Shown here piece by piece: positions 50,302 to 63,795 of a stretch of 64,000 bases of DNA. Under the pieces are notes generated by a model, which saw only the letters and a program-made list of their open reading frames with translations, was not told the DNA's origin and ran no database searches. The stretch's first letter is position 1, and each line of letters begins with the position of its first letter. A program made the position numbers and the translations under genes. The DNA is from Octopus bimaculoides. Its lineage: Eukaryota. The stretch lies in contig NC_068982.1 in assembly GCF_001194135.2 (NCBI RefSeq), forward strand, positions 126,004,698 through 126,068,697, in the 5' to 3' direction.

Positions 50302-50627
50302 GAACACGCATAGCTCAGTGGTTAGAGTGTCGAGCTTACAATCGTGAGATTGTGAGTTTGAATCCCGGACCGGGCTGCATGTTGTGTTCTTGAGCAAGAC
50401 ACTTTATTTCACGTTACTCCAGTTCACTCAGCTGTAGAAATGAGTTGCGACGTCACACGTGCCAAGCTTTATTAACCTTTGCCTTTCCCTTGGATAACAT
50501 CAGTGGCGTGGAGAGGGGAAGCCAGTATGCATGGACAACTGCTGGTCTTCCACAAACAACCTTGCCTGGAAGGGTAACTTTCTAGGTGCAATCCTATGGT
50601 CAGTAATGACTGAAGGGGGGTCTCAGC

Positions 50628-50659
<32 letters not shown>

Positions 50660-51216
50660 ATTATATATACACACACATATGTCAATGATTTCTCCACAGT
50701 TTACTAAATTTCTACCAAATTCACTCACAGGGCATTGGCCAACCTGAGGCTACAGCAGAAACATTTAGCCAAAGTACCATACAGTGAGACTGAACCTGAA
50801 ACCACATGGTTGTTGAGCAAGCTTCTTAACCACTCAGCCATGCCTGAGCCAAACCATACAGCCATGCATGACAAATTTTCACATTTTCCATATTACTTCA
50901 CCATATCTCTGCCACCATCAGCAATTCACCTCCCACTATCACCCCCTTCTAGTGTGGTTACCTTCACTTTCGTTTTTTACTTATTATTTTCTACCACTTT
51001 ATAACACCACCGTTACCACCATATCTAATTTCTTTTATATTACACTCTGTCTTTCTCTAGATTCACCTCCCTGTTCACCCTGCTATCATTCTTTTTATCT
51101 CCAGGCTCCTAGCTTTTCTCCTTTCACCTTTTATTTCCTGTCTATTGTTCTCAAAGTCCACCAATTTTCCCATCATGCCCCTGTTCAGATAACACTAGAG
51201 TGAGCATGCAGTGAAG

Positions 51217-51252
<36 letters not shown>

Positions 51253-51451
51253 ATACACAGAAAGAAGCAGCTACTGGTCTATTTTATAATTTTTATGCAC
51301 ATGGGTGAATATACATACAAGCACACACATTTACACCTACACATGTGCGTGTGCTTACACGTGATAAAATACTCATTTATGTCTAAAACAAACTGCATAC
51401 AGAACTGCACATATACATACCTGTGTATGTGTCTGTGTATGTATATGTATA

Positions 51452-51482
<31 letters not shown>

Positions 51483-51719
51483 CTATAAAATTTCTGTACA
51501 CGTACATAAATCTATGTATTCACTCATGTGCTCACATGTTTATACATACACACACCACACACACACACATATATGTGTGTATATATACATATATATTTGT
51601 GTGTGTATATATGTATATATGTATTCATATATGTATGCTCTTTTTTAATTATTTTAAATCTTTCTCTGTGGATGGAGCTGGTTTCTGGCAAACATATAAA
51701 ACTCCATTGTTGAAATGTT

Positions 51720-52030
51720 CATAACAAAAACAAATTCACATTTTGAACATGCAAAAGGTTTTACATATTTTTACTGTTCCACTTACTGATTGTATTTTTA
51801 ATGTGTGAGTTAGTTGGTTGATTCCCTTTTCTGAAAACCTTGGCTAACTCAGATTGTCACTTACTCAAAAAGCCAAGTGCACCAATAATTATTGGTATCA
51901 ATGTGAATTCATAATCTGGAAATCGAAGCTGGAGGTTTTGAAGCACTTGTCCGTAGTTATCCTCTTTCTTTTTGCTTTTCAAAGAGGTACCTGCATCAAC
52001 AGAGTAGCTGACTTTTGTGACAATACATAC
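51720..52030 (-). mobile_element. RLE-type (R4/Dong-like) non-LTR retrotransposon 3' end; a B SINE follows at ~52031-52190
   Basis: ORF 51857..52054 reads KEDNYGQVLQNLQLRFPDYEFTLIPIIIGALG, and downstream SVSGTVKICKTF; both fit the restriction-like endonuclease C-terminus. Confidence 0.65.
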
Positions 52031-54295
52031 TTGTCTGTTACATTCTGAGTTCAAATTCCACCGAAGTTGACTTTGCCTTTCACCCTTTCGGGGTCAATAA
52101 ATTAAGCACCAGTTGTGTACTGGGGTTGTTCTAATCAACCAGCCCTCCTCCCAAAAAATTTCAGGCTTTGTGCCTAGAGTAGAAAAGAATACATACTTGT
52201 CTGTCTCAAAAAAACAGTATCTGGCCTGTAATGTTTATTATACTTTGTTTTGATGGGAAAAGTTGTCACGATTTGAATTAGTTGTTATTTGGAGTTAGTG
52301 CCCTCTTGGATGGGTCAGAAGGTCGTATCTCACTCAAACGTTTTAATTTGGCAGGGTTTTGATGCCCTTCCTAACACCAACCTCTATATGAAGTGCATCA
52401 TATTGTGGCACCAGCACTAGAGAGACAGTCATGTCTTCAGATATACAAAAGAGTCCTCTCAACCTGGCATTATCTCTTCTTGGCTGTTTGTCATTTTGCA
52501 GAGTGCACTAGCTACATTTTATGAAGACATCAGCACTACTGAGTCTATTTGTGGTGCTTGGGCATTTGTTGGTTAGTCTGTCACGGTGAGTGGCTGAGTT
52601 GATGAATAGAAACACATTGCTTGAAGAAATAACTGACCAACACCCGCAAACATTTAGCAGATTTTACTATCGCACATAAAGTCAAACTGCATTGGCCTTT
52701 TACAGATAACAACAGCAATAATTACATACTGGGAGAGAGATAGCACTTGGAGTTTATGGAAAACTGTTGATACAGCAACATGTGGCTTGGCCAACATAAC
52801 TGGAAGCAATTATGCTATATTCATGGCTACGTAGGTTCTTGATAATCTGTCTGATCCATCTGTGTGGGTCATCTGATGTGGCATAAATGGAGACACATCT
52901 TCCTCAGCTGCCTCAACGTTCTGCAGTTGATTATTGCCAAAAGTGGCCTTTTATAGGGTGCAAAAAAGAAAATTCTAGAAGATTGAATTATGTGATGGCT
53001 TAATGCTGACTGCTTAATAGACCAATCATGTGAAACTGTTGTGGTTTGCCTGTGATGTCTGGCTGCACATCCCTGGATTCAGTTTTGAATCCCTGCTACA
53101 CTTGAAATCCACAAGAATAAAGAGTTGTCACTACTTTGTGGTTTTTTCCATTCATTCAAAGCAGCTTGATCAAGAATAGACAAGAGAGTAAGGAGTGAGA
53201 GTATGATGGGGCTAGGAAATAATGGGTAGGAGAAATGATGAATTGAGTGAGAGGGTGAATGTGATAGACGTTGGTGAATAGAGGGATGAGAGGGTATCAG
53301 AGAGCATGATGGGAAAAAAGGGAGTGAAGATTCTGTGGATAAGAAAGAAGGCAGATGAGGTAGCAGGGAGAAGGAGAGAGTGGGTGGCAGAGAGATTAGT
53401 TATGAAGATGAGTTAGCACAGTACTGATGGAGGTTTAACAAGAGTAGATTAAGCATTGGCTTAAATGAAGGCAAGGAGCAGCCGATGGCAGATTCACAAG
53501 GATATATTGGGTATCCTAGCCTCCATTACTACTATCATTTTAACCACTATCATTTTTACTACTATCATTTTAATGTTTGCCACATCATACTTAGGTAGCT
53601 GGGTCTTCTCCAGCATTGTTTGTCGCAAACTGTCACACTCCTTGTCACACAAACTATCTTCACATCACATAGCATTCTGAGTGCCCTGCACACCTTTACT
53701 CCATTATCATCTTGTATGCATATAATATATCCATAGCATCACAGTCTTCTCTCTCTCACACACTACAACCAATTCTATAATATTCAGTATTTCTCTCTAT
53801 TTGTGCTTCATTATTCATTTACAATAACATTATACATTTAGCAGAACAGGCTTGCTTCATTTCTTTCTTGTCCTTGCAAACCCACCAGGTTCAAGGCTCA
53901 CATTTCACTACCATGCAGCACTACAGTTTATACATAGATGTCTTACACTCTGTTCTTCACTCTGAGAAACAAACCCGTTGTTACAAGCAGAGGTAGTTCC
54001 ACTGTTAATTAGGTCACCTAAGGTAACAAAAACTACCAACTAGCTACTTCTGGGGAGCTGTCCAGGCATTTGAGAGAATCTGTTTCCTGTGTGTTCTTAG
54101 TGCCTTCTGGGAAACTGGCCCTTATGAGCTAGGCATGGCTTGAGAAGGAACAAACAACAATTGATTACTTAGCCTGGATGAGCAAGATTTCTGTGAGAAG
54201 CCTGTGAAATTTTAAGGCATAAGTAGCCAAATCAAACTGTTACCCATGCTCACAAACAGATAGAGATAATGTAATATGAATTACAGGCTATCTAT

Positions 54296-55010
54296 GTAGT
54301 CTGCCGTCTTTGTTTGCCTGCCTGCTTCTTGTGTATCCATAGTTTAGACTGGACATATCACATGAAGTTTCTGCCTACCCACTTTCTGGATATCAAGCAG
54401 ACCATTTCTCTGATGGCTTCAGGGTCTTATCTTTCCTATTCGCTAAAACTCTAGACTTTGATAAGCTTAATTTGAGGCCTATTAGTTCCAGGTTTAGCTG
54501 CCAAGTCTGGAATTTCTCTTCAGAATCTACTACAGATTCAGCTGATTATTACAAAGGTCATCAGCTTACAAGTGTTTCCACAGACAGACAGTCTTAAGCA
54601 CTTCTGTTATGGCCTGAAGGACGGTAACAAGCAGAAAGGATGAAGAACTGCTCCTTGATGGACACTTCACCTTCACACAGAATTCATCGCTGTACCCATT
54701 GCTAACTTGCATTTGGCCAACTGCACGTCTGTATGTAGCTTGCTTGGCCTTTACAAGCCATTTGGTTGCCCCTGGTTTTCTTAGTGACAACCAGATTACA
54801 GAGTGTTAAACCTTATTAGAAGCCTTCACCAGGTCAACAAATGCTAGATACTGCAGCTTACTTATAGCTAAATACTTCTTTTGCAGCTGTCTCACTAAGA
54901 AGATGCCATCAGTATTATCTCTCATTGGCACAAAGCCAAACTGCATCTCATCTAGGCTAATTCTCTTAGAGATCAGTTGTGCTAAAACTCTTTCTGTAGT
55001 AACTTTATTT
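54296..55010 (-). mobile_element. RTE-clade LINE reverse-transcriptase fragment (pseudogenised)
   Basis: MQFGFVP..TDGIFLVRQLQKKYLA...AFVDLVKA...WLSLRKPGATKWLVKA...VLQAITEVLKTVCLWKHL*ADDL are canonical RT motifs. Confidence 0.9.
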
Positions 55011-55261
55011 CAATAAAACATACACACCACACACACACTCATACAGACACGCATACACACAGACACACGCGCGTGTTATTTAGTTAGTTTTAGCAACCAT
55101 AGTTAAGACCATGTTCGAGCGTCAGCTTCATATAGTAATATATGCATGCATATATCAGTGTGTGTGTGTGTAATAAAGTTCAGCGCAAGAGAAAAACAGA
55201 GAAAGAGGAGAGGAAAAATACTGGACAACATATATACAATCATATATATATACACACACAC

Positions 55262-55320
<59 letters not shown>

Positions 55321-56449
55321 TATTTGGTTGATGTGGGAGTCAGTTTCTTGCTATTCTTGCTATTCTGGAGTTCTGACTGTGTTCTCAGTGTCACCAAGCA
55401 AGTTATGTCATGACAGTCAAAAACTCAGAGGAGTAAGAGAGTAATTCAACCAAAATATAAATATAATTAATCTCAACTATAGCTGTGAGTACTTTTGCTT
55501 CTGATAGTCAATCTAAATGTATATATATATATACATAATATATTATTTGTGTGTGTGTGTGTGTTGATGCCTGCAGTCTTTCAATCCTATACAGAACAAC
55601 ATTAAGTAGCTTCCATTATCCTTCATCTAAAATGCTTCCCTCTAATCAATAAAATCTACTGGGTTTTATTCACCCAATATTTCCTAACTGAAGATTAAGG
55701 TTTTGATTCTTGTTTGGATTGGATATGTGTGTGTGTGTGTGTGTGTGGCTACACACGTATGTAATGTCCTTTAGTTCTTCAGTATGTTACAGCTATCTCA
55801 ACCAAGACCATACTGGAACATCACCTTTAGCAGTTTTTTTTTTATCATCTCTGCATAGGAATCTTGTGTGTATGTGTGTGTGTTTGTGTGTAGTCTCTCT
55901 CTAGTTGTTTGATCAACAAACTGCTGGCAGGTCCAGGGCTTTGGTTGTTGTCTTTTGCAGATATCTGATCTGGTATTTTAGAGAACAATGTAGATAGATC
56001 ATCATCATCATCATCATCATTGCTTAGCATCTGTTATCTATGTTGATACGGTTTAGATAGTTTGACAGGAACTGACAAGCCAGAGAGTTGCACCAGGCTC
56101 CATTTGTCTGTTTTGATATGGTTTCTACAGCTAGATGCCTTTCCTAATGCCAACCATTCTACAGAATGCATTGGGTGCTTTTTGCATGGCACCAGCACCA
56201 GTGCTTTCTATGCAATGCCAGAAGACTTTTGTCATGTTTTCTAATCCTTTTGGGAGAAATTTTATAAAGTTGAAGTCCTTTAAACACAGAAGTGTTACTG
56301 TATACATACCTGATGTAGGTGTTTAAGTAGAAAAATATTCAGATCTGACAGTAACTTTCATTATTTTTCTTATCTTGTATGCCAAAGTTTGACATGCAAT
56401 TTTCATAAATCTGTCTTCCACATATATATATATTATAGCATGTAGTTCT

Positions 56450-56870
56450 TACTGGCATTCCAAACAGTAGAGGCATAATGCACAAATACTATCTCATTTG
56501 TTAAAGTCTATGACTTTTCTGATTTCCTTTGTGAATACTTTCTCTAATTTCTCTATATGGTGGGTATGGCTGAGTATATATTTTCATCTATGTTAAGGGT
56601 AGTGGATGAAAAGCCTTGTATTTGTTGATCCAAAAACGAATCGTTGAGTTGCTATTGCTGAGATAGGTGACCATGTCTTAGATAACCATAGATATATACT
56701 AATGAGTCCCTGATTGTCAGTAAAATTAAGTTTTATCAGTCTTCTCTTTCTCTACTTGGTGTTATATGCTGGATCCTCCATGGGTTTTTTAGTGATGAAA
56801 TCCACTACCAGAAGGAACATAAAGGGGAGCAGTATCCATCCCTGATGTACCCCTAATGTAGTCAGCTATT
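56450..56870 (-). mobile_element. Second LINE RT relic (RTE-like), strongly decayed
   Basis: TLGVHQGWILLPFMFLLVVDFI matches the GVxQGxxLSPxLF motif. Confidence 0.55.
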
Positions 56871-57428
56871 TTTTTTTTCCTTTTCTGTCTTTCTCTTTCC
56901 ATTATTCAAAAGAAAACACATGACTAGATTTTTTTAATCTTTGCTTGAACTTCCTATTAGTCATGCCTATGTATTATTTCCATGCCATAATGAGGTTTGG
57001 TTTTTACAAAGGTAACACCTCCTTCAGAAATTATGGCATTTACATTGTAGTATTTATTTAATGTGCAGGCATTGGTGTTTCTTCATGAACATTCTGCAGT
57101 TTTATTAATGGTTGTGTGGTAGGTTTTTCATATTGTTGGCATAACTGTAGATTAATTTAAGGTTGTCCATGTTAAAAAAACTTTCTATATTTATAGTTGG
57201 CAGATGACTTTTTTTTTTTTTTCTAGGCAGAAATATTTATAAGAAAAGTAGGGGTTTCTTAGCATGCTATGCTCCTTATTATACTATCATATTATTGTAG
57301 TTCTTGACAAATTCTAGGCTGTAGGTATCGGAATAATATTCAATCAAGTGAAATTGAGTAAAACTAGAGATTTACTTATTTTTGATGCTCAGTAATAATA
57401 TTACGCAAAACTGCATGAAAACAAACAC

Positions 57429-57468
<40 letters not shown>

Positions 57469-57989
57469 TAACAAAGAAAGAGCAAAGTGAAAAAATAACA
57501 GCAAAATACCCGAGACAGCAGACTAGAAATCTTAAGTAAGTGCCAAGTATTTATCACAGTTAAGAACCATAAAGATAATTTCACATCTAACTCTAAATGT
57601 AGGCTGATTAACCCAGCTAAGTCTGAAATAGAATTAGCAAGATTTTAAATAACTTTAATATTAAGAAAGCCACTACTCTGCAATGAGAGAATAATAGTAT
57701 TGTTGTCATTAGCTTGTTCAGTAATATCTAGACATTTAAGGGAGAATAACTCATCTCAGCCACCTAATAGTTATAAACCTTAATGGCTGCAGAAACAGAA
57801 ACATATAATTTATTTCAACATATTTCAAAACATGGTTGAAATGTGAGGACTGATGAAGTGCTTTTATGGAATTAATGATATTAATAGATAGCCTGCAATT
57901 CATATTACATTATCTCCATCTGTTTGTGGGCCTTAAAATTTCACAGGCTTCTCACAGAAATCTTGCTCATCCAGGCTAAGTAATCGATT

Positions 57990-58293
57990 GTTGTTTGTTC
58001 CTTCTCAAGCCATGCCTGGCTCATAAGGGCCAGTTTCCCAGTTTCAATAGTGTGTAGGTTCCCCATCTGGACAGGACATCGGTCCATTGCAGGTGAGCTG
58101 CTAGATGCAGGAGGAAAGAGTAAGAGAAAGTTGTGGTTAAAGAGTCAACAGAAGCTCGCTGTTACCTTCTGCCGGAGCCATGTGGAGCTTAGGTGTTTTG
58201 CTCATAAATACACACATCTCCTGTTCTGAGGTTCAAACCTGCAATATCTCGACTACAAATCCGCTGCTCTAACCACTAGGCCATGTGCTTCCA
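57990..58293 (-). mobile_element. SINE with D-type head and a distinct tail, flanked by inverted related sequences
   Basis: Reverse-complement tRNA-like head at the right end; the tail GGGAAACTGGCCCTTATGAGCCAGGCATGGCTTGAGAAGGAACAAACAACAA also occurs at 54107. Confidence 0.7.
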
Positions 58294-58389
58294 TTAGGTA
58301 ATTGATTACTGCACCTAAATGAGCTGGGTTTCTATGAGAAGCCTGCAAAATTTCGAGTCACATGGAGCTGAATCAAACTGTTTTAAATA

Positions 58390-58882
58390 ATAAGACTGCA
58401 CTGGTTTGGTCATGTGATGCATATGGATGAGGACAGCTGCATAAAGAAGTGCTGAGTTTTAATTGTGGTAGGTACTTGTGGAAGGGATAGATCCTGGAAG
58501 ACATGGGACAAAGTGATGAGAAAGGATCTTCGGATGCTAGGCCTCACTGAGGAAATGACAAGGGACCGAGAGATGTGGCGATTTGCTGTACTTGATAAGA
58601 CATGTCAAGCTAAGTAAAATTGCTGTCTTCCACACATACAGGCTTGTCCTTTCAGGTGCCAGTGCCACATAAAAAGTACCCATGCTGATTAACACACCTG
58701 TGCCAGTGCTGCATAAATGCACTCATTCCTGTGGCACGTAAAAAGCACCCAGCATACTCTGTTAAGTGGTTGGCATTAGGAAGGGTACCCAGCTGTTGAA
58801 ACCATGCCACAACTGACAGTTGGAGTCTGGACCATCCAATCCATGCCAGCATGGAAAGCAGACATTAAACAATGATGATTTT
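58390..58882 (+). mobile_element. RTE LINE 3' end: last codons of ORF2 plus 3'UTR and (GAT)n tail
   Basis: RLHWFGHVMHMDEDSCIKKC*...GRDRSWKTWDKVMRKDLRMLGLTEEMTRDREMWRFAVLDKTCQAK*, followed by family-C sequence. Confidence 0.9.
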
Positions 58883-59573
58883 NNNNNNNNNNNNNNNNNN
58901 NNNNNNNNNNNNNNNNNNNNNNNNNNNNNNNNNNNNNNNNNNNNNNNNNNNNNNNNNNNNNNNNNNNNNNNNNNNNNNNNNNNNNNNNNNNNNNNNNNNN
59001 NNNNNNNNNNNNNNNNNNNNNNNNNNNNNNNNNNNNNNNNNNNNNNNNNNNNNNNNNNNNNNNNNNNNNNNNNNNNNNNNNNNNNNNNNNNNNNNNNNNN
59101 NNNNNNNNNNNNNNNNNNNNNNNNNNNNNNNNNNNNNNNNNNNNNNNNNNNNNNNNNNNNNNNNNNNNNNNNNNNNNNNNNNNNNNNNNNNNNNNNNNNN
59201 NNNNNNNNNNNNNNNNNNNNNNNNNNNNNNNNNNNNNNNNNNNNNNNNNNNNNNNNNNNNNNNNNNNNNNNNNNNNNNNNNNNNNNNNNNNNNNNNNNNN
59301 NNNNNNNNNNNNNNNNNNNNNNNNNNNNNNNNNNNNNNNNNNNNNNNNNNAGCAAATCACCACATCTCTCGGTCCCTTGTCATTTCCTCAGTGAGGCCTA
59401 GCATCCGAAGATCCTTTCAATAATTCTAAATAAATGTTTAATGACTAAATTAATAACATTTTAACATCTTTTATGCATACACACACACACATGTATATAT
59501 TTCACACTCACACACACTATTCTCGCATTTACACACACGCATGTGCACCTTCTCTTGTTGGGATCACTAGCAC

Positions 59574-59613
<40 letters not shown>

Positions 59614-60309
59614 TATATATATATAATTTAATTTATATAAGGGCATTACTATACAATAATGCCTCACACTTTGAGGGACTTCATAAGTCAAAACTACCAA
59701 ATATATATATATATAATCATTTTAATGGTCCACTTTTCTGTGTTTACATAAGCCAGATGGAATTTCTATGTGTGGACACCTTTCTAATGCTTACCCTCAC
59801 CTATTTCCAAATAAGGAAATATTTTCCCCTGACCAGGCATATTTTCAAGAAAGATTACACTACTTGTATGATGGTGAAGCTTGCTTAGAATGATGTCAAT
59901 ACAAGAAAAACACATACACATTCAATGGCCCTCTTTTGGTTTTTGTCTACCAAATTCACTCACAAGGCTTTGGTCAGCCCAGTTCTGTAGTATAAGATTC
60001 GTCCAAGGTGCCACTTAGTGAAATAAAACCAAAAGCATGTTATTAGGAAACAAACCACAGCATGGTGAATGATTAGAAAACAAGAGGTTGAAATAAGAGG
60101 AGATAATAATAAAAAAAGGGGGTTGAATGAAAGGGAGATAATAATAGTGCTAGTGATCCCAACAAGAGAAGGTGCACATGCGTGTGTGTAAATGCGAGAA
60201 TAGTGTGTGTGAGTGTGAAATATATACATGTGTGTGTGGGTGTGCATAAAAGATGTTAAAATGTTATTAATTTAGTCATTAAACATTTATTTAGAATTAT
60301 TGAAAGATT

Positions 60310-60985
60310 CTGTCATGAGAAATGCACAGCAAAAATTGGAAAAAATCTAGGATATGGCAACTAAGATGTCTGAAATGTATTGGCAAAGTAAGACCAGTAA
60401 GATGATTTAGGTAAAGCTTTATCTACATCTTTGAGCATACAATATTTATGCAATGAATGTGCTGTAATGATTGAGATGGAAGATCTTTTAGCTGTTTGGT
60501 TAGAAGATTATTATCAGAAATGGATTCCAAATGATACAAATAATAATCATGCATAAAGCTCTTAGCTTGTTTTCCCATCTTAAAGAAGTGTATTGAAAGA
60601 GGACAATGTAATGTTCACAGCAAACAAAAGAAGTGGGTGGTTTGAAAACTCTAAATCTAGATTTGGATTGAAAAATGTCAAAATAACAGTAGATATTGCA
60701 AACACAGATAAAGACACCTCTTTTAAATTTCCTGTTGAATTTCAAAAATAATTGAAGAAAATTATGATGATTATTGTCATATTTTCAGTGTGCATGACAC
60801 TGGCCTTTTCTAGAAGAAAATTTCCATCCAGAAATCTTTTGACAAAGCATGAAGCATCATATCCTGGATGTATGATATATGAAAAGATTGCATTACAATT
60901 ATACTTCAAGGCAATGCTGAAGGAAATTTTTAATTAAATCTTTTACTTGTATATTGAGCTCAAAATCCTAAGGCATTAAAAGGCT
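60310..60985 (+). pseudogene. Tigger/pogo (CENP-B-like HTH + DDE_1) transposase relic
   Basis: MEDLLAVWLED..QKWIP...KALSLF...GWFENSKSRFGL.NVKIT...IFSVHDTGLF*KK...KDCITIILQGNAEGNF...AQNPKALK, with stops and frameshifts. Confidence 0.85.
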
Positions 60986-61930
60986 ACAATAAACAAACAG
61001 TTCTCATTATTATGCTTTAAGAGCTTAGCTGGTAAAAATGAGTAGTACCTGTATTTCAAAGGACCAGCCTTGTCTGGTTCTGCATCATGCTGCATCTCCC
61101 TGAGAACTACATTAAGGGTACATATGTCTGTGAATTGCTCAGCCACTTGCATGTTATCTTCATGAGCAGGCTGTTCCATTGATCAGATCAACTGGAACCA
61201 ATCTCACATACCACCCTCAATTACTCTACTTCCTTTATCCTTTTGTATGTCTATATATGAAAGACTTTTTTGGTCTGTCCTCATCATTCTACCTAAACCC
61301 ATCTTCCCTTTTCCATCCACTTTCCCATTCACTTCAATTATCGCATTGTCATTCAAATGTCTCATCTTATCCCCTGTAATGACCACTCACTCACTGCCAT
61401 CTGTCACTGTCTCTTCCCCAACAGTTTCTCCTACACCTCAATATCTTCTCATCTCTCTCCCTCTGGACTCTTCCCCTCCCATGACCCACACTGACTCCCT
61501 TTACATCTTCGCTGCCCTCACCTATATTCTCTTTACCTGGACCCCTCCCTCTTCATGCCCCACCTCATTACCCTTACCACTCTGTGCTTCCCTTTCTCAC
61601 TAACCATAGAAACTAATCCTTTCCCTTTTTCCTGTCCCTTCCATACTCTCCTCTCCAAAAGTAACTATACTACCCTGTAACTCTCCTCAACCACACTCTC
61701 ACAACTATAAATCTGTTTGTCTCATCATAGTTAACCCTTGCTTAAATCTCTCTCTCTCTCCTCTTTCTGTTATAGATGCCCTTTATGCTGTTTAGCTTTA
61801 CAAGTTACAAGGCAACCTCTCTGTTGCTGGTGTCACAAAAAATGCACTCAGTACGCTCTTCAAAGTGGTTGTATTGGGAAGGGCATCCAGCTGTAGAAAC
61901 TGTGCCAAAAGAGATATTAGAGCATTACGC

Positions 61931-62143
61931 TCTTTTACTCTTTTACTTGTTTCAGCCATTTGACTACGGCCATGCTGGAGCACCGCCTTTTAGTCAAGCA
62001 AATCGACCCCAGGACTTATTCTTTGGAAGCCTAGTACTTATTCTATCGATCTCTTTTGCCGAACCGCTAAGTTACGGGGGCATAAACACACCAGCATCGG
62101 TTGTCAAGCGATGTTGGGGGACAAACACAGACACAAACATATA

Positions 62144-62207
<64 letters not shown>

Positions 62208-62372
62208 TACGACGGGCTTCTTTCAGTTTCCGTCTACCAAATCCACTCACAAGGCTTTGGTCGGCCCGAGGCTATAGTAGAAGACACTTGCCCAAGGTGC
62301 CACGCAGTGGGAATGAACCCGGAACCATGTGGTTGGTAAGCAAGCTACTTACCACACAGCCACTCCTGCGCC
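61931..62372 (-). mobile_element. Young full-length SINE family A; another partial A copy at ~62390-62590
   Basis: CpG-rich and close to the window consensus. Confidence 0.9.
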
Positions 62373-63604
62373 TATTACATTACATAATCTTTTATCTTTT
62401 ACTTGTTTCAATTATTAGACTGTGGCCATGCTGGGGCACTACTTTGAAGGGCCCAGTCTAACAAATCAACTCTAATACTTATCATTTTAAAGTCTTGCAC
62501 TTATTCTGTCTGTCACTTTTGTCAAACTGCTAAGTTATAGGTACTTAAACCAATAACAATTGTCAAGCAGTGGTGGAGGACAAGTACAAACTCAAGCACA
62601 CAAACAAACATACATACATACATACATTAATTAATTAATTAATTAATTAAAAGTCAGTTTGAATCTTGTTTGCTTGCAATGTTACCCAGCCAAACTAGTG
62701 CATAATGAGAAAATACTATGAATTAAGTTTACCCTGAAATGTTAATACGAATGGAATGAAACAAGTTTCATGCAAATCAGAGCTGTAGTTATTGAGATAT
62801 TCGGGGTTTGGAGGTATAAATACTCAAGACGATGTATAATGGGAAAATGTTCCAAATATAACTTCATCCTGAAAGGGAAGAAACTCTAACCTTTCGATTA
62901 GACAGTGATTTCACAATGAAAATATACGATTTGTGTTTTTATAGTAAATGTTTCTATTTTAAATTTTGTTAAACACAATATTTTAATCATTTAGAAATAT
63001 TTTTAAGTGAATGTCATTTCAGAATTGTAAGTTGTTTGTACAGTAAGTAGTTATGTTTTAGCTTTCTTTAAATAGTCAATATTTTAATGTTTTTTAATTA
63101 TTTTCAAGTGAATACCATTACGAAAATTTTTTTTGACATTTTAAAAATATATTTTAAAGGGAAAATGACTTTAAAAATACAGTAAATATCTTGTAAAAGA
63201 CCNNNNNNNNNNNNNNNNNNNNNNNNNNNNNNNNNNNNNNNNNNNNNNNNNNNNNNNNNNNNNNNNNNNNNNNNNNNNNNNNNNNNNNNNNNNNNNNNNN
63301 NNNNNNNNNNNNNNNNNNNNNNNNNNNNNNNNNNNNNNNNNNNNNNNNNNNNNNNNNNNNNNNNNNNNNNNNNNNNNNNNNNNNNNNNNNNNNNNNNNNN
63401 NNNNNNNNNNNNNNNNNNNNNNNNNNNNNNNNNNNNNNNNNNNNNNNNNNNNNNNNNNNNNNNNNNNNNNNNNNNNNNNNNNNNNNNNNNNNNNNNNNNN
63501 NNNNNNNNNNNNNNNNNNNNNNNNNNNNNNNNNNNNNNNNNNNNNNNNNNNNNNNNNNNNNNNNNNNNNNNNNNNNNNNNNNNNNNNNNNNNNNNNNNNN
63601 NNNN

Positions 63605-63639
<35 letters not shown>

Positions 63640-63642
63640 AAG

Positions 63643-63795
63643 CGATGAGCTGGCAGATACGTTAGCATGCCAGCTGTAGAAACACTGCCCAATCAGACTG
63701 GAGCCTGGTGCAGCCTCTTGGCTTCCCAGACCGCAGTCGAACCGTCCAACCCATGCCAGCATGGAAAACGGACGTTAAACGATTATGATGATGAA
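63643..63795 (+). mobile_element. Chimera: family-B head fused to a family-C tail
   Basis: GCGATGAGCTGGCAGATACGTTAGCATGCC joins CAGCTGTAGAAAC...GGACGTTAAACGATTATGATGA. Confidence 0.65.

Noticed and set aside
61200-61760. Pyrimidine-rich tracts with Leu/Ser/Pro-rich ORFs (also 50860-51200 and the purine-rich 53200-53460)
   Set aside because: Low-complexity composition explains the ORFs; they may be old TE debris but I cannot assign a family.
61776-62461. ORFs with recurrent CPRCHAVG/YQIHSQG/HLPKVP peptides (also 49430..49930, 15622..15990 and 36840..37079)
   Set aside because: They are incidental translations of SINE family A.
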